DNA from: Betaproteobacteria bacterium
GTDB lineage: Bacteria > Pseudomonadota > Gammaproteobacteria > Burkholderiales > SG8-41
DNA: 64,000 bases
Assembly (NCBI GenBank): GCA_016868035.1
Contig: VGID01000001.1
Coordinates: 64,289-128,288 of the forward strand
Direction: 5' to 3'
Part shown: positions 34,887 through 46,390 of the stretch, one piece after another
Numbering within the stretch: position 1 is the first letter of the stretch
How the letters are laid out: the number at the start of each line of letters is the position of its first letter
Notes under the pieces: generated by a model
Told to the model about the DNA's origin: nothing
What the model saw: only the letters and a program-made list of their open reading frames with translations
The model's database searches: none
Translations under genes and position numbers: made by a program

Positions 34887-36551
34887 TTATAGCTTCGCAA
34901 GCTCGCGCCGTGCGAGTTCGAGCTGGGCGGCGTCCTTGGAATTGCGCAGCAGCCACTGGAACTGGGCCCGCGCGTCCTCCCTGTAGCCCGCGCGGGCGAG
35001 ACTGAGAGCGGCCGCGAGCCGCGCCTGCAGCTCCAGCGCATCCGGGACGCGCGACTCGTTGAGCAGGGCCGAGCGCATATAGTAGTCCGCCGCGAACGGG
35101 AACTGTCCCGTTGCCTGCGCGATGCGCCCGAGCGCGAGCAGGATCTCGCGCCGGTGGGCCGTCGCGGCGAGCGGCAGCAGGACTTCGAGCGCTGCATCCG
35201 CGTGATCGAGCCGCCCCGCACCGAGCATCTCCTGGGCGAGGACGACGGCCCGTTGCATGGCCTCGGTCGCGAGCATCCGGCGTCCTTCCGCGGCGCGGCG
35301 CAACGCGACCATCGCCGCCTTCGCGTTGCCCGCGCGCCAGTGCACGGTGGCGAGCCGCACCTGCCATTCGTCGGCGGCGGCTCCAGCGGGCTCGGGCAAC
35401 CCCTCCCAGAACCGGGCGGCCAGCGCCGGCTCCGCGCGTGCTTCGGCCATCGCGCCCAGCCGATAGCGGGCCTGCGCCCCGAGCGCGTCGGGATCGATCC
35501 GCCCGTGCTCGAACAGGCGCACGGCTGCGAGATCGAGCTTCGCCTTCTCGAGCGAGAACGCGAGCTGCAGCTGCGCGTTCTCGCGCGTCGCGGGAATCAT
35601 CCCCCGCTGCGCGACATGCGCGAAGAAACCGCGTGCGAGCGCCGGCTCGGTGGCGAGACGCCGCGCGCCGAACTCGTACCACGCCGCGTCGTCCCCCGTC
35701 AGCAGCTGGTTCTGGTTGGCCGCGTCCTGCGCGCCGGCGAAGTAGCCCAGCCACAGCTCGCGCGCGCGGCTCTCCGCCTGCGCGCCGGGCGCCGCGAGCT
35801 GCAGCAGCTGCTCCATCGCCTCGATGCGCACGGGCGCGTTGCCCGTGCGCGCCGCGGCCTCAACGATAACGCGCCAGTGCCCGCGGGCGCCGCCCTTCGC
35901 GAGCTGCGCGCGCGCGTGGGCGATGGCTGTTTCCGGGGCGAGCAGATTGGCATGCAACAGCAGGAGCTGCTTCGCCGGGCTCCCGTCCTCCAGGTTCGAG
36001 AGCCAGCTCGCCGCCTCGCGCGCCATGCCGAGCTCGATGAGCGCCTCGACGAAGCGCGCGGCGAGCGCGCGCTCCAGAGGCGCGTAGTCCTGCGCGTAGC
36101 GCAGCATCGCGCGGAAGACCGCGTCGCCGTTGCGGTCCGCCATGTAGGCTTCGATGACGAGCAGGCGCAAAGCGCGCACCTCCTCCGGCGAGGAGTCAAG
36201 CTGCCACAGCGCCCGCGCGGCATGCGCGCGCGCCGCCGCCCCCTGCCCGAGCGCGATCCCGGCGCGCGCGGCGAACGCCAGCGATTCGCGCAGTTCCAGA
36301 ACCGGCATTTCCGCCGGCAGCGCGGCCGCGCGCGCGAGCACCTCGCGCTCGCGCCCGAGCGCGAGCAGCAGCTTCAACCGCAAGGCTTCCCACGCTGGCC
36401 AGCGCGGGTCCTTCGGCTCGCGCGGCTGCAGCTGTTCGACGCGGTTCAGCGCGAGCCGGACCGCGCCGCCCTGCTCGAGCTGGCGCGCGGTCTCCAGCGC
36501 CGAGGCGACACCGGCGCACGCCAGACAGATCAGCACGAGCAATATCCGCAT
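34887..36551 (-). CDS. secreted Ala/Leu/Arg-rich all-helical (TPR-like) hypothetical protein
   Basis: ORF track, 554 aa. Signal peptide MRILLVLICLACAGVASA. No family recognised. Confidence 0.6.
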   Translation of the reverse strand: MRILLVLICLACAGVASALETARQLEQGGAVRLALNRVEQLQPREPKDPRWPAWEALRLKLLLALGREREVLARAAALPAEMPVLELRESLAFAARAGIALGQGAAARAHAARALWQLDSSPEEVRALRLLVIEAYMADRNGDAVFRAMLRYAQDYAPLERALAARFVEALIELGMAREAASWLSNLEDGSPAKQLLLLHANLLAPETAIAHARAQLAKGGARGHWRVIVEAAARTGNAPVRIEAMEQLLQLAAPGAQAESRARELWLGYFAGAQDAANQNQLLTGDDAAWYEFGARRLATEPALARGFFAHVAQRGMIPATRENAQLQLAFSLEKAKLDLAAVRLFEHGRIDPDALGAQARYRLGAMAEARAEPALAARFWEGLPEPAGAAADEWQVRLATVHWRAGNAKAAMVALRRAAEGRRMLATEAMQRAVVLAQEMLGAGRLDHADAALEVLLPLAATAHRREILLALGRIAQATGQFPFAADYYMRSALLNESRVPDALELQARLAAALSLARAGYREDARAQFQWLLRNSKDAAQLELARRELAKL

Positions 36552-36621
36552 CGCGTAATTCTAGCTCCGACTGGCGCCGCCTGAGGAAACGAGCGCCAAC
36601 CGGAGAAAAAAGGCGGGCGGC

Positions 36622-36648
36622 ATAAAAAAAGGCGGCATGCGCCGCCTT
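36622..36648 (-). terminator. rho-independent terminator after rplS
   Basis: Minus strand reads GAAGGCGGC GCAU GCCGCCUU UUUUUA. 8-bp GC-rich stem (36629-36636 and 36641-36648), 4-nt loop, U-run (plus-strand A-run 36624-36630). Confidence 0.85.
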
Positions 36649-36668
36649 CTTCCATTCACCGCGCCGGG

Positions 36669-37061
36669 TTATTCGTCCGCCGGCGCTTGTCCGCCCTCTG
36701 CGGCGGCGAGCTTCTCGCGGATGCGCGCGGCCTTGCCGGTGCGCTGGCGCAGGTAATAGAGCTTGGCGCGGCCAACGTCGCCGCGGCGCTTCACCTCGAT
36801 GCTCGCGATGAGCGGCGAATAGGTCTGGAACGTGCGTTCCACCCCTTCGCCCGAGGAAATCTTGCGCACGGTGAAGGAGGAATTGAGCCCGCGGTTGCGC
36901 CTGGCGACCACCACGCCTTCGTAGGCCTGTGCGCGCTTGCGCTCGCCTTCGACCACGACGACGTTGACGATCACCGTGTCTCCCGTGGAGAACTCCGGTA
37001 TGTTCTTGGCGAGCCGCTTCATCTCATCGGCTTCGAGCTGCTGGATGATGTCCATGTTCAC
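36669..37061 (-). CDS. rplS: 50S ribosomal protein L19
   Basis: ORF track, 130 aa. [12 protein letters not shown]...[46 protein letters not shown]. Last gene of the rpsP operon. Confidence 0.95.
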   Translation of the reverse strand: MNMDIIQQLEADEMKRLAKNIPEFSTGDTVIVNVVVVEGERKRAQAYEGVVVARRNRGLNSSFTVRKISSGEGVERTFQTYSPLIASIEVKRRGDVGRAKLYYLRQRTGKAARIREKLAAAEGGQAPADE

Positions 37062-37873
37062 GTCCCTTGCGCTTGGCTGCGGCGCGGCCCCGGGGGGCTC
37101 GCCTGCAATGAAACTTCGTTACGCTCGTTTTCCCTCTTGTACTCTTCCAGCAGCGCGCGCTCCTCGTCGCTCAACGCGCGCCCCGCCAGCAGATCCGGTC
37201 GCCGCCGCCACGTGCGCCCCAGCGCCTGCTTCAGGCGCCAGCGCGCGATCTCGGCGTGGTTGCCCGAGAGCAGCACCTGCGGCACCGCCTCGCCCTCGTA
37301 CACCTCCGGGCGGGTGTAGTGCGGACAGTCGAGCAGGCCGTTCACGAACGAGTCCTGCGCCGCCGATTCCGCATCGCCCAGCACGCCCGGCATCTGGCGC
37401 ACGATGCAGTCCATCAACACCATCGCCGCGAGCTCTCCGCCCGAGAGCACGTAGTCGCCGATCGAGACCTCTTCTCCGCCCAGGCGCCGGAGCAGGCGCT
37501 CGTCCACGCCCTCGTAGCGCCCCGCCAGCAGCACCAGCCCCCCGCCCGAAGCGAGCGCCATCACCATCCGGTGATCGAGCAGGCGCCCCTGCGGCGAGAG
37601 GTACACCGCCCGCGGCTCTGCAATCCCCGCGTCCTGCTGGCGCTTGCGCGCGGCAGTGATCGCTTTTTCCAGCGGCTCGGCCATCATCACCATGCCCGGC
37701 CCCCCGCCGTAGGGCCGGTCGTCCACCGTGCGGTAGGTGTCGGACGCAAAATCGCGCGGGTTCCACAGCTCGAGCCGGTAGAGGCCCTTCTCCCGCGCGC
37801 GCCCGGTGATCCCGTTTTCGGTCACCGCGTCGAACATTTGCGGGAACAGCGTAATGACGTCGAACTGGAACAT
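37058..37873 (-). CDS. trmD: tRNA (guanine37-N1)-methyltransferase
   Basis: ORF 37058..37903. ATG 37873 ([14 protein letters not shown]). [11 protein letters not shown] motif. ATGA overlap with rplS. Confidence 0.93.
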   Translation of the reverse strand: MFQFDVITLFPQMFDAVTENGITGRAREKGLYRLELWNPRDFASDTYRTVDDRPYGGGPGMVMMAEPLEKAITAARKRQQDAGIAEPRAVYLSPQGRLLDHRMVMALASGGGLVLLAGRYEGVDERLLRRLGGEEVSIGDYVLSGGELAAMVLMDCIVRQMPGVLGDAESAAQDSFVNGLLDCPHYTRPEVYEGEAVPQVLLSGNHAEIARWRLKQALGRTWRRRPDLLAGRALSDEERALLEEYKRENERNEVSLQASPPGPRRSQAQGT

Positions 37874-37884
37874 CACAGCCCGCG

Positions 37885-38397
37885 TTAGTACTCCGCGTCC
37901 CAATCCACCCGGACCACGCCGCGTTCGAGGTCCACGTCCCGCACCACATCCTGGATGAACGGGATCAGCCGCTCGCGCTCGCCGTCCACCACCAGCACAT
38001 CGTTGGCGCCCGTCTGCAGGATACTCGTCACGAGCCCGTAATCCTGCCCCGCGCCGTTCACCACCTTCATGCCGATGAGATCGGCCCAGTAATACACGTC
38101 GGGCGGCGGCGGCGGCAGCTGCGCCCGCGGCACCGCGACCGAGCCACCCCGCAATGCGGCCGCCATTTCGCGGCTATCGCAGCCTTCCAGCCGGGCGACG
38201 ACGGTGCGCCCCTGGACCCGGGCCGCCCCGACGACGCGCTCCTGCCATTCGCCGTCGCGGCCGACCCACCATATCGGATAGGCAAGCAGGTTCTGCGTTG
38301 CCGCGGTATAGGGCCGGATCTTGATCCAGCCCTTGACGCCAAACGGGGCGAGAATCCGCCCCATCACTACCGGTTTCTCAGGCGGATTTCTTCTCAC
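37885..38397 (-). CDS. rimM: 16S rRNA processing protein RimM
   Basis: ORF track, 170 aa. [17 protein letters not shown]. The start is ambiguous (38397 overlaps rpsP by 20 nt; the alternative is ATG 38364). Confidence 0.88.
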   Translation of the reverse strand: MRRNPPEKPVVMGRILAPFGVKGWIKIRPYTAATQNLLAYPIWWVGRDGEWQERVVGAARVQGRTVVARLEGCDSREMAAALRGGSVAVPRAQLPPPPPDVYYWADLIGMKVVNGAGQDYGLVTSILQTGANDVLVVDGERERLIPFIQDVVRDVDLERGVVRVDWDAEY

Positions 38398-38632
38398 TAA
38401 ATTGCTTGATGAGCCGCGCTACCGTGGGCGAGATCTGCGCGCCCTTGGCTTTCCAGTGCGTCAGCCGCTCCGTGTCGAGGCGCAGCTGTTCGTGCCCTTT
38501 GGGCGCGCACGGATTGTAGAAGCCGAGGCGCTCGACGAAGCGCCCGTTCCGGGCGCGGCGCGAATCCGCCACCACCAGATGGAAAAACGGGCGCTTTTTA
38601 GCGCCGCCGCGAGCCAAGCGTATGACGACCAT
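38378..38632 (-). CDS. rpsP: 30S ribosomal protein S16
   Basis: ORF track, 84 aa. [41 protein letters not shown]. Confidence 0.95.
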   Translation of the reverse strand: MVVIRLARGGAKKRPFFHLVVADSRRARNGRFVERLGFYNPCAPKGHEQLRLDTERLTHWKAKGAQISPTVARLIKQFSEKKSA

Positions 38633-38828
38633 GTCTTGCCAACCCGGAAATCGGAAAGGGCGTGATTCTACGCTAGTTTTCGCCGCCCGGGCAAGGCGCG
38701 CTCGCGGGCGGGAACCACGGCGCGCAGGTCCCGGGGCCTGGAGCTAACGCCATGATCCTGCTGCAGAACGCGAGCGCGCTCCGCAGCCGCTGCGCTAACA
38801 TGCCCGCTGCCGCCGCAAAGGAGCCAGG

Positions 38829-39677
38829 ATGACACGCAACGACGACACCCGCGCACGCATCGAGCGCGCCGTGGCCGGGCGCTACGGATCCGCAATCGCC
38901 ATCCCGCCCGGGTGCCCGGGCCTGGAGGAATTCGCGCGCATCGCTGAGCACCGCTCGCACCGCAACTTTCTGCCGCGTCCGGTCGCGCCGGAATTGCTGC
39001 GGCTGCTCTTCGCGTGCGCCTTTTCCGCGCCCTCCAAAAGCGACCTGCAGCAGGCGGACATCGTGCACGTCGCCAACGCCGAAAAACGAAAAACCATCGC
39101 AGACACCATACCGGAGATGCCGTGGGTCGCGGGCGCGCCGGTGTTTCTCGTGTTCTGCGCGAACAACCGGCGCATCCGCGCGATCGGCGAATGGCGCGGC
39201 AAGCCGTTCGTGAACGAGCATCTCGATCACTTCATGAACGCGGCGGTGGACGCGGCGCTCGTCATGATGAGCTTCATCCGCGCAGCGGAAGCCGCGGGCC
39301 TCGGCACGTGCCCGGTGAGCGCCGTGCGCAACCGCCCGGATGTCGTCAGCCGCGTGCTGGAGCTGCCCGCGGGCGTGTTTCCGGTCGCGGGGCTGTGCGT
39401 GGGCTACCCCGCCGAGGAAGGCCGTATCAGCCCGCGCCTGCCGCTTGATGTGACCGTGCACGCGGACCGCTACGACGAAAACGGACTGAAGGAGAGAATC
39501 GAGACCTACGACCGGCGCCGCCATGCGCTCGCGCCCTATCGCAGGCAGCGCTACGCCGACCGTTACGCCGCCGTCGAATTCTACGGCTGGTCCGAGGACA
39601 AGGCGCGGCAGTACTCGGTGCCCGAGCGCGCGGATTTCGGCACGTTCATCCGCAGCCGGGGTTTCAGCCTGAAATAG
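38829..39677 (+). CDS. NfsA-like NADPH nitroreductase family protein
   Basis: ORF track, 282 aa. [21 protein letters not shown], and the SAPSKSDLQQ pattern of the nitroreductase fold. Confidence 0.86.
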   Translation: MTRNDDTRARIERAVAGRYGSAIAIPPGCPGLEEFARIAEHRSHRNFLPRPVAPELLRLLFACAFSAPSKSDLQQADIVHVANAEKRKTIADTIPEMPWVAGAPVFLVFCANNRRIRAIGEWRGKPFVNEHLDHFMNAAVDAALVMMSFIRAAEAAGLGTCPVSAVRNRPDVVSRVLELPAGVFPVAGLCVGYPAEEGRISPRLPLDVTVHADRYDENGLKERIETYDRRRHALAPYRRQRYADRYAAVEFYGWSEDKARQYSVPERADFGTFIRSRGFSLK

Positions 39678-39679
39678 CG

Positions 39680-40414
39680 ATGCGATCTCCCGCACGGAGC
39701 GCCGCCGCCATGAGCGCAACCCGCGCCCTGCTACTTGTCGCGAGCGCCGTGCTCGCGCAGGCGTGCGCGCCCCCTACGCCTACGCCGGAACAGGTCTACG
39801 AGGAGGCCTCCCGCAGCGTCGCGATGGTCTACGCCGCCGAGCCGTCCGGGAGGATCGTGGGGCGCGGCAGCGGCGTGTTCCTGGACCGCGAGCTGCTGGT
39901 CACGAGCTGTCACGTCATCGCCCGCGGGAAGACGTTCCTCGTGGGACACCGCCAGAAGCGCTCGCACGCGCGCCTCGTGGGCTACGACGCTGAAAGGGAT
40001 CTCTGCGCGCTGCACGTCGCGGGGCTCGATGCGGTGGCTGCGCGCATCGGTGACGCCGCGGCCGTGCGGGTCGGGCAGCGCGTCTACGCAATCGGCACTC
40101 CCGAGGGTTTCGAGCTCACGTTGAGCGAGGGCCTGGTCTCCGGCCTGCGCGAGTCGCCCGCGGGCCCTTACATCCAGACCACGGCCGCCCTGTCCGAGGG
40201 CTCGAGCGGCGGCGGGCTGTTCGACCGCGAGGGGCGGCTGATCGGAATCACTTCCTTCGTGTATTCCTCCGGCCAGAACCTGAACTTCGCGGCGCCGGTG
40301 AATTGGGCCGCTGCCCTCGCAGTGAAGGCCTCGGGCGCGGCGAGCACCGCCGCGCCGGAAGTCGAGCTGCCGCCGGAGCTCGCCACGCAGTGGCGCCATC
40401 CAGTGCTCAGATGA
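39680..40414 (+). CDS. trypsin-like (S1C) serine protease, probable lipoprotein
   Basis: ORF track, 244 aa. Lipobox LAQAC. Catalytic triad contexts TSCHV, DLCALHV, SEGSSGGGLF. An alternative start is ATG 39710. Confidence 0.85.
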   Translation: MRSPARSAAAMSATRALLLVASAVLAQACAPPTPTPEQVYEEASRSVAMVYAAEPSGRIVGRGSGVFLDRELLVTSCHVIARGKTFLVGHRQKRSHARLVGYDAERDLCALHVAGLDAVAARIGDAAAVRVGQRVYAIGTPEGFELTLSEGLVSGLRESPAGPYIQTTAALSEGSSGGGLFDREGRLIGITSFVYSSGQNLNFAAPVNWAAALAVKASGAASTAAPEVELPPELATQWRHPVLR

Positions 40415-40475
40415 TGCGGCGTGACAGGCGAGGCGTGACGCGATGAGGCGTGACCGGCGAATCACGATTCACGGG
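40412..40475. repeat. 14-nt (2 x 7) repeat carrying GGCGTGAC, then a CACGATT pair
   Basis: GCGGCGTGACAG GCGAGGCGTGACGC GATGAGGCGTGACC GGCGAATCACGATTCACGG. Confidence 0.6.
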
Positions 40476-40497
40476 TCGCGATCCCCGCGGCATGTTA

Positions 40498-41850
<1,353 letters not shown>

Positions 41851-41878
41851 GGGTTAGGGTTGGTGTAGACTCGGGAGC

Positions 41879-42709
41879 GTGCCGGAAATTCTACCGTATC
41901 TCGCCAACGCGCTGCTCTACGGAGCGCTCGCGCTGTACTTCTGGCGCACGCGCTGGGCCCCCGCCGCGCACGCGCAGCCCGCGGAGCGCGCTCCCGGCGG
42001 GCCCGAGCACTACGCGGTGCTCGTGCCGCTCGCGCTGCACACGGTGCTCCTCGCGCGCGACGTCTTCGCGCACGACGGCCTGCGCCTCGGCGTGGGCAGC
42101 GCGGTCTCGGCGATCCTGTGGCTCACCGTGCTCATCTACTGGCTCGGCAACTTCTTCTACCGCCTCGAGGGGCTCCAGTCGCTGGTGCTGCCGGCCGCCG
42201 CCGCCGCCGCGCTGCTTCCGGGACTTGCCCCGGCGGTGGGCCCGCTGCCCAACACGGGCCTGCTCGTGTTCAAGATGCACCTGCTGATCGCGATGCTCGC
42301 ATACAGCCTGTTCACGATCGCCTCGCTGCACGTGCTGCTGATGGCGATCGTAGAGCGCCGCCTGCACGGCGGGACGCTGTCGCGCGTGCTGCAACAGCTG
42401 CCCCCGCTGCTGGCGATGGAGACGCTGCTCTTCCGCATCATCTGGGCCGGATTCATCCTGCTCACCGCGACGATAGTGACTGGCGTCGTGTTCTCGGAGG
42501 AGCTCTTCGGGCGCGCGGCGCAGTTCAATCACAAGACCGTGTTCGGCGTGTCCTCGTGGCTCATCTTCGCCGCGTTGCTCGGCGGCAGGCAGGTCTACGG
42601 CTGGCGCGGCCGCGTCGCCGTGCGCTGGACGCTCGCGGGATTCTTCACGCTGGTGCTCGCCTACATCGGCAGCAAATTCGTCCTCGAAGTGATCCTCGGC
42701 AGGGCCTAG
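41879..42709 (+). CDS. cytochrome c assembly family inner-membrane protein (CcsA/YpjD-like)
   Basis: ORF track, 276 aa, polytopic. Divergent from ffh, as in many proteobacteria. Confidence 0.82.
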   Translation: MPEILPYLANALLYGALALYFWRTRWAPAAHAQPAERAPGGPEHYAVLVPLALHTVLLARDVFAHDGLRLGVGSAVSAILWLTVLIYWLGNFFYRLEGLQSLVLPAAAAAALLPGLAPAVGPLPNTGLLVFKMHLLIAMLAYSLFTIASLHVLLMAIVERRLHGGTLSRVLQQLPPLLAMETLLFRIIWAGFILLTATIVTGVVFSEELFGRAAQFNHKTVFGVSSWLIFAALLGGRQVYGWRGRVAVRWTLAGFFTLVLAYIGSKFVLEVILGRA

Positions 42710-42851
42710 GGCCGGGAATTGAGCGGGAAGGATCGAGCACAGCCAGCGCGCTGCGCTCCCGATCCTGATTTCGCATTTCCCGGCCGTCCTTGACACTCCC
42801 AGGGACGCCTCCGATACTGGAATTTCCCTCCACTACCGCACGGCACCGCCC

Positions 42852-44120
42852 TTGGATGCGATTCCCCTATCTACCCTGTTCATAGTGCTCGCCATCCTGC
42901 TCGCGGGCTCGGGATTCTTCTCGATCTCGGAGACCAGCATGATGGCGCTCAACCGCTACCGCCTGCGCCATCTCGCGCGCAGCGGGCACCGGGGCGCGAG
43001 GCTCGCCACGCAGCTGCTCGCCGCGACCGACAAGTTTCTGAGCATGGTGCTCGTTGGCAACAACCTGCTCAACGTCGCGGCCGCGCTGCTTGTCGGGGAG
43101 ATTGCGTTGCGCTATGTCGGGCACAGCCAATATGCGCTGCTGGTTGCGACCGGAGCGGCCACCTTTGCGATCCTCGTATTCAGCGAAATCACACCGAAGG
43201 TGATCGGCGCGACGCATCCGGCGAAGATCGCGCTGCCGGCGAGTTATCTGCTCGCTCCGCTGCTGCGCATCACGCAGCCGGTGGTGTGGGTCGTGAACCT
43301 CTTCGTGCGGGCGCTGCTGTGGGCGCTGCGGCTCAAGCCCGCCGCGGCCGGCGTCGAGCACAAGCTCTCGGTCGAGGAGCTGCGCACGCTGGTGCTGGAA
43401 ACGGGCTATCTCCCGCACAAGCATCAGAGCATCCTGGTGAACCTCTTCGACCTCGAGGCGATCACGGTGGACGACGTGATGGTTCCGCGCAGCCAGATCG
43501 AGGCCGTGGACATCGAGGCGCCGCTGGAGGCGATACGCGAGCAGGTGGCAACCGCCTACCACCGCCGCCTCGTCGTGTACCGCGGCCATCTCGAGGAGGT
43601 CCTCGGAACGCTGCGCGTGAGGAATTTCCTCAACGTGGCGCAGAACGAGGAGCTGACCAAGGAGCGCCTGCGTACGATCATCCGCGAGCCCTACTTCGTG
43701 CCGGCCGGCACCCCGCTCTTCTCCCAGCTGCACAACTTCCAGGAGCACCAGGACCGCATGGGCCTGGTGGTGGACGAATACGGCGAGCTGATGGGTCTGG
43801 TGACGCTGGAGGATATCGTGGAGGAAATCATCGGCGAGTTCACGACCCAGTCGCCGCTGCAGGCCGGCGGCTTCGTCAAGCAGTCCGACGGCAGTTACCT
43901 GGTGGAGGGCGCGACCCCGCTGCGCGAGTTGAACCGCAAGCTCGGCTTCGTGTTTCCGCTGGAAGGTCCCAAGACGCTGAACGGATTGATCCTCGAATAC
44001 CTGCAGGACATACCGGAACCCGGCACCAGCGTGAAGATTGGCGGCCATCCGCTCGAGATCGTGCAGACCCAGGACCGGGTGGTGAAGGCGGTCCGGCTGC
44101 GCCCGCCAGCGGATGACTAA
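42852..44120 (+). CDS. HlyC/CorC (CNNM) family transporter: DUF21 membrane domain + CBS pair + CorC_HlyC
   Basis: ORF track, 422 aa. N-terminal TM block, central CBS region, C-terminal GHPLEIVQTQDRVVKAVRL. Confidence 0.9.
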   Translation: MDAIPLSTLFIVLAILLAGSGFFSISETSMMALNRYRLRHLARSGHRGARLATQLLAATDKFLSMVLVGNNLLNVAAALLVGEIALRYVGHSQYALLVATGAATFAILVFSEITPKVIGATHPAKIALPASYLLAPLLRITQPVVWVVNLFVRALLWALRLKPAAAGVEHKLSVEELRTLVLETGYLPHKHQSILVNLFDLEAITVDDVMVPRSQIEAVDIEAPLEAIREQVATAYHRRLVVYRGHLEEVLGTLRVRNFLNVAQNEELTKERLRTIIREPYFVPAGTPLFSQLHNFQEHQDRMGLVVDEYGELMGLVTLEDIVEEIIGEFTTQSPLQAGGFVKQSDGSYLVEGATPLRELNRKLGFVFPLEGPKTLNGLILEYLQDIPEPGTSVKIGGHPLEIVQTQDRVVKAVRLRPPADD

Positions 44121-44239
44121 GGCGGTATCGGGACCATGGCGTGGCAAATTAGGCTTTACAAAGGGGCGCAACAAGTGCATCATTTTGTGAACAAGCGTTC
44201 CTAACCTATTGGTTCATTGGGGCAAACGGGAGTTCTGCG

Positions 44240-45466
44240 ATGGCGACAGCGGCAGCGGCAGCGAGAAAGCCGGACGTCAAGGAATTCAATTTCACCTGGA
44301 CCGGCCAGGACAAGACCGGAAAGACCGTGCGCGGGGAGATGCGCGCCACCGGGGAAGCGCAGGTCAACGCGACGCTGCGCCGCCAGGGCATCAAGGTCGC
44401 CGGCGTCAAGAAACAGCGGCTGCGCGGAGGCAAAATCACGGAGAAGGACATCTCGCTGTTCACGCGCCAGCTCGCGACCATGATGAAGTCGGGCGTGCCG
44501 CTGCTGCAGGCCTTCGACATCGTGGGCAAGGGCCACAGCAACGCGGCCGTCGCCAAGCTCCTGCTCGACATCAAGACCGAGGTGGAAACGGGCTCGAGCC
44601 TCAAGCAGGCGTTCGAGAAGCACCCGCTCTACTTCGATGCGCTGTTCTGCAACCTGGTCGGCGCAGGCGAGGCGGCCGGTATCCTGGACTCGCTCCTCGA
44701 CCGGCTGGCCACCTACAAGGAGAAGATCCTCGCGATCAAGAGCAAGATCAAATCGGCGCTGTTCTACCCGATTTCGATCGTCGTCGTGGCGTTCGTGATC
44801 ACCGCGATCATCATGATCTTCGTGATTCCCTCGTTCAAGCAGGTGTTCGCGAGCTTTGGCGCCGACCTGCCCGGCCCGACGCTGATGGTGATGGCGATGT
44901 CGGACTTCTTCGTCGAGTACTGGTACGCGATCTTCGGCGGCATCGCGGCCGGTTTTTACGCCTTCTTCTGGACCTGGAAGCGCTCGCTGAAGATGCAGAT
45001 CATCATGGACCGGGTGTTGCTGCGGGTGCCGATCTTCGGCGATCTGGTGCGCAAGTCGGCGATCGCGCGCTGGTCGCGCACGCTCTCCACGATGTTCGCC
45101 GCCGGCGTGCCGCTGGTGGAAGCCCTCGACTCCGTAGCGGGCGCCGCCGGCAACTACGAGTACTACGCCGCGACCAAGAAGATCCAGGCCGAAGTGCAGA
45201 CCGGATCGAGCCTGACCTCCTCGATGCAGGGCACCGAAATGTTCCCGCCCATGGTGCTGCAGATGGTGGCGATCGGCGAGGAGGCCGGCTCGCTCGATGC
45301 CATGCTCTCCAAGGTCGCCGACTTCTTCGAGCAGGAAGTGGACGACGCGGTGGAGGCGCTCTCGAGCCTGATGGAGCCGATGATCATGGTCGTGCTGGGC
45401 ACGCTGATCGGCGGGCTCGTCATCGCGATGTATCTGCCCATCTTCAAGATGGGCCAGGCCGTCTGA
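44240..45466 (+). CDS. pilC: type IV pilus assembly platform protein PilC (T2SS-F family)
   Basis: ORF track, 408 aa. Duplicated T2SSF domains (FTRQLATMMKSGVPLLQA and WSRTLSTMFAAGVPLVEA). SD GGGAG. Confidence 0.9.
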   Translation: MATAAAAARKPDVKEFNFTWTGQDKTGKTVRGEMRATGEAQVNATLRRQGIKVAGVKKQRLRGGKITEKDISLFTRQLATMMKSGVPLLQAFDIVGKGHSNAAVAKLLLDIKTEVETGSSLKQAFEKHPLYFDALFCNLVGAGEAAGILDSLLDRLATYKEKILAIKSKIKSALFYPISIVVVAFVITAIIMIFVIPSFKQVFASFGADLPGPTLMVMAMSDFFVEYWYAIFGGIAAGFYAFFWTWKRSLKMQIIMDRVLLRVPIFGDLVRKSAIARWSRTLSTMFAAGVPLVEALDSVAGAAGNYEYYAATKKIQAEVQTGSSLTSSMQGTEMFPPMVLQMVAIGEEAGSLDAMLSKVADFFEQEVDDAVEALSSLMEPMIMVVLGTLIGGLVIAMYLPIFKMGQAV

Positions 45467-45529
45467 AGAAGTTTCGCGTTCCGGGTTTCGGGTTTCGAGT
45501 TCATCGACGGCTCGGAACCTGAGACCCGC
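45467..45529. repeat. heptamer run, CGGGTTT type, filling the pilC-pilD spacer
   Basis: GAAGTTT CGCGTTC CGGGTTT CGGGTTT CGAGTTC ATCGACG GCTCGGA ACCTGAG ACCCGC-ATG. Confidence 0.7.
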
Positions 45530-46390
45530 ATGTCCGTCCTGCAGGTATTCCAGACGACGCCCTGGCTGTTCGTCGCCGCTGCCGTCCTCATCGGCCTGGC
45601 GATCGGCAGCTTCCTGAACGTCGTCATCCACCGGCTGCCCGGGATGCTCGAGCGGCGGTGGCGCGCCGAGTGCGCGGAGCTCAACGGAAACGAGGCTCCG
45701 CAGGCGGAGACCTACAACCTGTTCACCCCGCGCTCGCGCTGCCCCCGCTGCGGCCACCGCATCACCGCGCTCGAGAACGTACCGGTCGTGAGCTATCTCG
45801 CGCTCGGCGGAAAATGTTCGGCGTGCAAGGCGCCGATTTCGGCACGCTACCCCGTTGTCGAGCTGCTCTCCGCGGCGCTCGCAGGCTACATCGCCTGGCG
45901 CTACGGCCCGGGCCTCGCCATGCTCGGGGCGCTGATCTTCGCGTGGGCGATGATCGCGCTCGCCTTCATCGATCTCGACACGTTCTACCTGCCGGACAAC
46001 ATCACGCTCCCGCTGCTGTGGGCCGGGCTGCTGTTCAACCTCGGAGGCGTCTTCACCGACATCGGCTCGGCGGTGATCGGCGCCGCCGCGGGCTATTTCA
46101 TCCTGTGGACGGTGTTCTGGGCCTACAAGCTCGCGACCGGCAAGGATGGCATGGGCTACGGCGACTTCAAGCTGCTTGCGGCGATCGGCGCCTGGCTCGG
46201 CTGGACGATGCTGCCGCTGGTGATCCTGCTCTCCTCCTTCGTCGGCGCGATCATCGGCGTCGCGCTCATCGTGTTCGCGCGCCACGGGCGCAACGTTCCG
46301 ATCCCGTTCGGCCCCTATCTCGCGATGGGCGGGCTCGTCGCGCTGTTCTACGGCGAGCAGCTCACCACGCGCTACCTGCAGCTGCTCTGA
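45530..46390 (+). CDS. pilD: prepilin peptidase / N-methyltransferase PilD (A24 family)
   Basis: ORF track, 286 aa. Cys cluster CPRCGH...CSACK. Catalytic Asp contexts FIDLDT and GYGDFKL. Confidence 0.92.
   Translation: MSVLQVFQTTPWLFVAAAVLIGLAIGSFLNVVIHRLPGMLERRWRAECAELNGNEAPQAETYNLFTPRSRCPRCGHRITALENVPVVSYLALGGKCSACKAPISARYPVVELLSAALAGYIAWRYGPGLAMLGALIFAWAMIALAFIDLDTFYLPDNITLPLLWAGLLFNLGGVFTDIGSAVIGAAAGYFILWTVFWAYKLATGKDGMGYGDFKLLAAIGAWLGWTMLPLVILLSSFVGAIIGVALIVFARHGRNVPIPFGPYLAMGGLVALFYGEQLTTRYLQLL

Noticed and set aside
42852-46390. Missing pilB upstream of pilC-pilD as a sign of a degraded type IV pilus locus
   Set aside because: The pilus ATPase is often encoded elsewhere. pilC and pilD look intact. 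A 64-kb window cannot support a claim of absence.
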